Under the pieces are notes generated by a model. That model was not told the origin of the DNA and searched no databases. It saw only the letters and a list, made by a program, of their open reading frames with translations. Position numbers and translations under genes: made by a program. Positions 51,967-64,000 of a DNA stretch of 64,000 nt are shown piece by piece; the stretch's first letter is position 1; each line of letters opens with the position of its first letter. Source of the DNA: Eledone cirrhosa (lineage: Eukaryota). Location of the stretch: contig OZ024741.1 in assembly GCA_964016885.1 (NCBI GenBank), positions 263,624,001-263,688,000 on the forward strand, given 5' to 3'.

Positions 51967-52005
<39 letters not shown>

Positions 52006-52096
52006 TATATAAATATATATATATATAAATATATATAAATATATATATATATATATAAATATATATATAAATATATATAAATATATATATATATAA

Positions 52097-52147
<51 letters not shown>

Positions 52148-52210
52148 AATATATATATATAAATATATATATATATAAATATATATATATAAATATATAT
52201 ATATATAAAT

Positions 52211-55970
<3,760 letters not shown>

Positions 55971-56244
55971 TAGATAGAAGGTAATGATTGAATGGGGTCC
56001 TTGCATTTAACAAGCGATTAACAAAATACAAAATTTGTTCTGTTCCAATACGACAAAAACTTTTGTATCTAACAATTAATGAATACAAAAAATGTAGATT
56101 GTTTTAGCAATAGATTGGCTATTTGGACTTGATACGAAATATGGAGTGTGGAGGTAGAGATGAAGAAAAATATGTACATTACGTTACATGAATATCGTGG
56201 GGTAGACAGCAAAGCAATGAAATTTGGCGAAGTGAATTTTTATC

Positions 56245-56280
<36 letters not shown>

Positions 56281-56569
56281 CTAAGAGAGAGGGGGGTGGG
56301 GTGGCCGTATGATGTGTGTGTGAGTATTGGGCGGCTGACCGCCATGCCCTCGCGAAGTAGGGGGGGTGGGGGTCGAGGAAGCGGGAGTTTAGAGTTTCGA
56401 AAGAAGGAAGAAGGAAAGGATTTTGTTTTTTGTTTTGAAAATATGCTAGAATTAGGAATTGAGGCTTGAAAATACGCTAGGAATTAAGGTTTGAAAATAC
56501 GCTAGATTAAGAATTAAGGAATTTATAAGAAGAAGAGATAGATATATAAATATATATATATAGATATAT

Positions 56570-56748
<179 letters not shown>

Positions 56749-56754
56749 TATATA

Positions 56755-59060
56755 TCTGTGTCCAACGAAAACTGCCAAAGAAGGTAAAAAACAACATAAT
56801 GACTCGAAACAGCAAACTACCCACCTTCTACCACCTGGTTAAAACACATAAACAAGGACCCGATTTGAAAATCAGGCCCATTGTCTCTAGCGTGGAGGGC
56901 CCACTCTACAAAATATCGTGGCTGCTCTCCACACTACTGAAACCCATTCTACACACACTACCAGCCCACGTCTGCAGCTCAACGGAGGTCTTGGAGCGAC
57001 TACACCATCTGGCGCCCAACACCAGAAAGGACAACGGTTATGCCTTCAGTCTTGATGTGGTCGCCCTTTATACCTCCGTACCAGCATCCCCAGCTGTCGA
57101 CCTGTTGACCGAACGAGTCCGAGCATCTAACTTACACTGCTTCGGACTCACACACACGGACATCCACCAACTCCTCTCCTTCGTTGTGGATAATGCACTC
57201 TTCAATTTCCTCGGCCACACGTACAAACAAATCTCTGGACTACCTATGGGCTCTAGTCTGTCCGGCATACTTGCGATCTCGTACATGGACCACCTGGAAC
57301 GCAAGGCACTCAATACCTGCCAACCCAACGCCGTCGCCTTCTACTCCAGATACGTTGATGATATCCTGATACTTACTTCTTCCTGGGAGATGGCGAATGA
57401 AATTCACCAAATCTTCAACGATACTGACCATCACGTCGATTTCACCATCGAACACCCAGGAGAAGACGGGTCACTCGCCCTCCTCGACTTCCGTATCAAC
57501 ATCTCGGAAGAATGAGACATAAACACCACCTTCTACCGCAAAGCAGCGTGCAAGGACTTATTTGTGCATTACAACTCAGCCCTCCCCAACAATGCTAAGA
57601 GAGGCTATGTCCTAAATGAACTGACACGGATCACTAACAGATGCAGCGACCCGATGGGTGGTCTCACCCATACCACGCAATTCCGTAATCTACTCAGATC
57701 TAATGGTTATCCCAAGCGACTGATTAACGGAATTAGAGACCCCAGACCCAATAGACAGACACCCACTAGAAACTTAAATAAAAGCAGGTGCTTCTTTAAA
57801 ATCCCCCACCTGAGTGAATATACCACGAACGCCATCCGCAGGGCCATACGGACGGAGGGACTTGACATACATTTGGCCCACACAGGACCTTCGCTGCGAA
57901 GATGCCTCTCCAACAAACCCGACGAGTCAGATGGGACGTGTTCCCTCAGCAACTGCCCGATACGGGGGGCAGATTGCCTACGCACCTATGTCGTATATAA
58001 GATTCAATGCGATAAATGTAACAAGTTTTACATAGGTAGCACCATCCGACCCCTACATGTTCGTATCAAGGAACATATCAACACCAACGCATCTTCCTTC
58101 CGTAAACACATCCTTAAATGCGGAAACCCACAGGGTAGACCCTTGGTCACAGTCCTAGCGACTGAACGCAGCATCGGATCCTTAAGGATAAAGGAAGCAC
58201 TTGTTATTAAGAACCTCAGACCCCCACTTAACAACCGGGCTGAGAGAAATGAGCTGACATGGCTAACTTAACCATAGTGACCATTCACAGCCTACGGCCT
58301 GCTATCTTCACACACACGCACGTATATGCATACCCATACGCATACACACACACATCTATATTTATACACGCACACATGTTTTTACAACCTACCACCTTTC
58401 ACACCCTTTGATTTCCAGCTTCTACAGCCCACTATCTTTCACACACACACGCACTCACACATATACACACACAGTTACACACACATGTATACCCATACGC
58501 TTACACGCACACATGTTTTACAACCTACCACCTTTCACACCCTTTGATTTCCAGCTTCTACAGCCCACTATCTTTCACACACACACACTCACACATATAC
58601 ACACAGTTACACACACATATATATTTACACACACATATTTTACGGCTTTCACACGCTAGCGCACCCTCTTGATTTAACCCATTTGGTCAGTAGCTTTTGC
58701 CACAGCCTATCACGCGCACGCGCATTCTTTCCCTCGTTTAAATTTTAAATAATTTTCTCCCCATAACGGCATTCCTGTCTTAACGACATCACAACCTTCT
58801 CCGCTTGGCCTGTTCCCCCCTTTTGGAACTTTCCCCCGTTGATGGGCGTGAGCCCGAAATATTGGGATTAAATCTCCACTACGGTAACCCTTCTACCTTT
58901 GTTTTGTTTTCATCTTTGTCTCTCTCAATTTTCACTTTCTCCTGTTTCTCCTATCTATCATTCACTTCCTACCTCGAGATTTCCCTCTGCATTGTTGTGG
59001 CTTTCTTAACTACGTATTTTACACATTTCACAATGCTTCAAGCAAACTTTAACACCCTCT
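56755..59060 (+). mobile_element. Penelope-like element, 5'-truncated; RT plus GIY-YIG with one in-frame stop
   Basis: KTHK..IRPIVS, SLDVVALYTSVP, QISGLPMGSSLS, RYVDDI. TGA at 57513-57515 is in frame with the downstream ORF containing VVYKIQCDKC..FYIGST..RIKEH..KEAL..PPLN. The 3' region has a duplication of about 136 bp. Flanked by (TA)n. Confidence 0.95.
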
Positions 59061-59065
59061 TATAT

Positions 59066-59098
<33 letters not shown>

Positions 59099-59099
59099 G

Positions 59100-60446
59100 T
59101 ATTAAGGATACTATTTATGGTTATGTATATACTAAAACCTTTTATAGTTATATATGTTTTAAACCCTAAACAGTGAAAGACAGTAATTTATTACTACCTT
59201 ATTACCAGTAAGATAAATAGCTCAATGTAATAACATCAGTTCTACAGAGCAGTTATATAGAAATTACATGAATCAAAGTTCTGTTCAAATGATTTATTCG
59301 CTTACAATTGTTTCTTCCAATCCGAGGTTTGGAGTCCTTGGAGCAATTTTTCAATGATTGTTTACATACATGACCTCCTTTTCAACAAAATTAAAGTTAT
59401 AATACAATATTGGCAGTTTGCGAAGAAGCTGCAGGAGGATAGTTAGAAGTTAGTTACACGTGGGGCATGCACGTGTGTCCTATTTATATAAGATTATAGT
59501 GCGGTAAGGTGTTTTACAGAATATAAGCACTTTAAGCGGGGGTTGTATAGTATTTTATATGTATGATATAGAAGCTTGTGTGCACTTTAAGCGGGGGTTG
59601 TATAGTATTTTATATGTATGATATAGAAGCTTGTGTGCAGAGAAATATTTAAGAATGAGAAGCAAAACAGTGTTATGGTTTTTCGTATACCCCACCATTT
59701 TCACAATCCAGGAAATGTAATATATAGATTATATGTCCTTCACATAATCTACGATGATTCAATATTGGATGCTTGATGAATTAGGTTGGAATATTACAGC
59801 TTGTTCTTTATTCCAATATTATAGAGCAGGTTGTTTTTGTTGCGAGGCTTAACATCGTATTATTTTCCTGAAGTGTGTGTGTGTGATTAAGGGGAGTTAA
59901 TGCGTGAGGTAACTAGCTGATTTCTATAACTAAAATTTATTATCCTAATGTACAATAAATGGTGTCACACATGAGTCCCTATCATATAGGTTATAAATAG
60001 TTTCAAAGTATATATAAGTATCCTATCATTAAATTACAGTCTAGTCTATTAAGAAGTACTAAAGGTGTTCATATTAGGATGATTACCCTCTATCATAGAG
60101 TGCCACAACTGAATATTCTACATGAAGAGTCAGATCCTCAAATCAATGATCTTTGTAAGTGTAGTCTACCCGCAGAACTTGGCAGGGTTTTATTATAATC
60201 ACTTCTATATATAACTCCTGGTCAGCTCTGGGTCAGTGCATGTCTGATTGCATGGCAAAGTTAAATATCACTAGGGTAGACCAGAGATCAATTCCCACTC
60301 ACAATGTCCCCAATCCGACCATCAAGTCATACATGTATGTACAACTCATATCACTTGTACATAATTCATTGTACCCAGCATAACCTCGGTTTGGAAGAAA
60401 CAATTGTAAGCGAATAAGTGATTTGAACAGAACTTTGATTCATGTA

Positions 60447-60452
<6 letters not shown>
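59100..60452. mobile_element. Unclassified decayed element with about 70-bp inverted repeats, probably a PLE remnant
   Basis: 59258-59329 is the reverse complement of 60382-60452. A 55-bp tandem duplication lies at 59527-59639. Bounded by (TA)n. Confidence 0.5.
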
Positions 60453-60487
<35 letters not shown>

Positions 60488-60488
60488 T

Positions 60489-60525
<37 letters not shown>

Positions 60526-60526
60526 A

Positions 60527-60557
<31 letters not shown>

Positions 60558-60566
60558 AAAATATAT

Positions 60567-60649
<83 letters not shown>

Positions 60650-60680
60650 AAAATATATATATATATATATAAAAATATAT

Positions 60681-60725
<45 letters not shown>

Positions 60726-61021
60726 TATATATATATATATAAAAATATATATATATATATGTATGTATGTATATATATATATATATAAATATGTATATAT
60801 ATATGTATGTATGTATATATATATATAAAAATATATATATATGTATGTATGTATATATATATATAAAAATATATATATATGTATGTATGTATATATATAT
60901 ATAAAAATATATATATATATATATGTAAATATATATATATATATGTATGTATATATATATATATATATATGTATGTATATATATATATATATATATATAT
61001 GTAAATATATATATATATATG

Positions 61022-61068
<47 letters not shown>

Positions 61069-61475
61069 ATATATATATATATAAATATGTATGTATATAT
61101 ATATATATATAGATAAAAATATATATATATAGATAAAAATATATATATAAAAATATATATATATGTGTATATATATATAAATATATATATGTATATATAT
61201 ATATATATAGATAAAAATATATATATATAGATAAAAATATATATATAAAAATATATATATATGTGTATATATATATAAATATATATATGTATATATATAT
61301 ATAAATATGTAACCATATACGACCCGAGCTGAGGTGAAACAATTGTTCTCGGTATGAACTAACTGTTGTGTAACCACTTCTATATTTATTTATATATATA
61401 TTTATATATAAAATATTAAAAAAATAATGAATAAAACAATGAAACAGTTCCTTATATTAAACAAAAAAAGTTCAT

Positions 61476-61620
61476 TATTTAACGATCGTTTCTAGGATAT
61501 ATATGTGTTAGAATTGGCATGCATATTCAACAGATCTATGTACAAAATTATACAAAATTATACAAACTATCAAAATTAAATATACATACCCAACACATAT
61601 ATATGCCGTCTTCAGAAATA
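61476..61620 (-). ncRNA. Type I hammerhead ribozyme with very long stem II insertion
   Basis: Minus strand: TATTT-CTGAAGA-CGGCATATATATGTGTTGG...CTAACACATATATATCCTA-GAAAC-GATC-GTT-AAATA. Confidence 0.68.
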
Positions 61621-61662
61621 TAAATATATAAATATAAATATATATTTATAATTTTATATATT

Positions 61663-61717
<55 letters not shown>

Positions 61718-61826
61718 ATATATATATATGTATATTTATATATATATATATATATGTGTGTATATATATATATGTATATTTATATATATATATATATATA
61801 TGTGTGTATATATATATATGTATATT

Positions 61827-61857
<31 letters not shown>

Positions 61858-61860
61858 ATT

Positions 61861-61899
<39 letters not shown>

Positions 61900-62214
61900 G
61901 TATATATATATATGTATATATATATATGTATATATATATATGTATATATATATATGTATATATATATGTATATATATATATGTATATATATATATGTATA
62001 TATATATATGTATATATATATATGTATATTAATATATATGTATATATATATGTGTATATATATATATATTTATATATATGTATATATATATGTGTATATA
62101 TATATATATATTTATATATATGTATATTTATATATGTATATATATATATGTATATATATGTATATTTATATATGTATATATATATATGTATATGTATATA
62201 TATTTATATTTATT

Positions 62215-62245
<31 letters not shown>

Positions 62246-62246
62246 T

Positions 62247-62337
<91 letters not shown>

Positions 62338-62338
62338 T

Positions 62339-62373
<35 letters not shown>

Positions 62374-62374
62374 T

Positions 62375-62405
<31 letters not shown>

Positions 62406-63013
62406 TTATATATATATATTTATATATTTATTTATATATATATTTATATATATATTTATATATATTTATATATATTTATATATATATATATTTATATATA
62501 CATATTTATATATATATATATTTATATATATATATATATTTATATATACATATTTATATATATATATATTTATATATACATATTTATATATATATATATT
62601 TATTTATATATATTTATATATATATTTATTTATATATATTTATATATATATTTATTTATATATATTTATTTATATATATTTATATATATATATATTTATT
62701 TATATATATTTATTTATATATATTTATATATATATATATTTATATTTATATATATATATTTATATATATATTTATATATATATATTTATATATACATATT
62801 TATATATATATATTTATATATTTATATATATTTATATATACATATTTATATATATACATATATATTTATATATATATATTTATTTATATATATACATATA
62901 TATTTATATATATATATTTATATATACATATTTATATATACATATTTATATATACATATTTATATATATGTCTATATATTTATATATATGTTTATATATT
63001 ATATATTACATAT

Positions 63014-63238
63014 GGAGGCACATGGCTTAGTGGTTAGAGCATTGGCACTGGCAATCGAAAGGTTGTGAGTTCAATTCTCAGACCGGGTGATGTGTTGTTT
63101 CCTTGAGCAAGACACTTTATTTCACATTGCTCCAGTTTACTCAGCTGTAGAAATGAGATGATAGGGACTGGGGTCCATATCATTCCACTGCAAAGTGGTC
63201 GTGGAGGTGCCATGGCAAAAAAGCACCCAGCACTCACT
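63014..63238 (+). mobile_element. SINE family 2, cut by an assembly gap
   Basis: GGAGGCACATGGCTTAGTGGTTAGAGC...GAGTTCAATTC..CCTTGAGCAAGACACTT. Confidence 0.9.
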
Positions 63239-63438
63239 NNNNNNNNNNNNNNNNNNNNNNNNNNNNNNNNNNNNNNNNNNNNNNNNNNNNNNNNNNNNNN
63301 NNNNNNNNNNNNNNNNNNNNNNNNNNNNNNNNNNNNNNNNNNNNNNNNNNNNNNNNNNNNNNNNNNNNNNNNNNNNNNNNNNNNNNNNNNNNNNNNNNNN
63401 NNNNNNNNNNNNNNNNNNNNNNNNNNNNNNNNNNNNNN
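63239..63438. other. Assembly gap (200 N)
   Basis: Run of N. Confidence 1.
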
Positions 63439-64000
63439 TGCTGCGATGTGGGACCAAACGCTGAATCCTTGTAGTTGTAAAAAAAAAAAAAATTAAGCGA
63501 ATTTGTTCAGCTCTTCAGCCATGTGCATTATAGCACGTGGTATATCTGTTTGCCAAAAGCGAGAGAGGAAAAAAAAAGCAAGAATGCTTTCTCTATCAAC
63601 TTCAAGTTTAGCTGAAAGTCACGTGTACTTTATTTTCTTTTTCTTCAAAGTAGGACTCTGTCTTATTGAATAAGGGTAATGAAAGGATATAAAATATGTA
63701 GGAATATATATTTAATTGACGGTAGAACCAAGACAGCGTTTAAGCATAATAGAGGTGTATATGAAAACATATATTTATACATTTATATGCAATAAACATA
63801 TGGGTAGCCATGAAAAACGTTTACTTTGCTCTGTGAATATATCAGAGTTGCCAGTACGTTTTGAGAATGTCAGACATTCGAGATTTTTCGTCGGCGAAAC
63901 TTACTCAACCGGTACTGGCATGAAATAGACTAGTCTATATAGAATTTTACTGGCGATGCTCATTTGCATATAACAAATAGAAAACATCGGCTGGGAATGT

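Larger units (their letters stand above)
48408..51971. repeat. 482/484-bp tandem array with one hammerhead ribozyme per unit, inverted at 50243-50244 (retrozyme-like)
   Basis: Unit starts (AAATGTAAGT) at 48409, 48891, 49375 and 49859. Reverse-complement units run from 50243 to 51971. Units visibly differ only by one TA in an internal microsatellite. Confidence 0.95.

Noticed and set aside
48408-51971. Array considered as a CRISPR array or an snRNA/5S gene cluster
   Set aside because: There are no variable spacers and the context is eukaryotic. Despite the octamer motif, I recognise no snRNA, 5S or tRNA sequence in the unit.
61712-63068. Long YIYI ORFs here and at 27, 30, 33.8, 34.8, 43.6 and 60.4 kb
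   Set aside because: Translations of (TA)n microsatellite.
63014-63085. tRNA gene
   Set aside because: The A/B boxes run directly into a SINE body seen in several copies, and there is no acceptor stem or terminator.

Overview
Repeat-saturated, AT-rich eukaryotic DNA. The repeat repertoire suggests a cephalopod/octopus genome, which is an inference. No host protein-coding exon could be supported. The window holds one degenerate Tx1/L1-clade LINE, at least three RTE-clade LINE families (seven copies), four or five Penelope-like element (PLE) fragments, two tRNA-derived SINE families, small DNA-transposon derivatives (hAT, mariner, piggyBac-like, Helitron), minisatellites, and very long (TA)n tracts that host almost all elements from 25 to 63 kb. 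The most striking feature is a hammerhead-ribozyme (HHR) system that the ORF track does not show. At 48.4-52.0 kb a nearly homogeneous, non-coding 482/484-bp tandem array carries one type I hammerhead per unit (7 copies) and is arranged head-to-head as a 3.6-kb inverted structure inside (TA)n, resembling a retrozyme. Several further, sequence-distinct hammerhead cassettes occur at 18.4/18.6, 24.8, 25.5, 34.7 and 61.5 kb, plus degenerate ones. Some are palindromic and share the inverted pseudo-LTR architecture of the neighbouring PLEs. All structures were read by eye; no folding program or database search was run.
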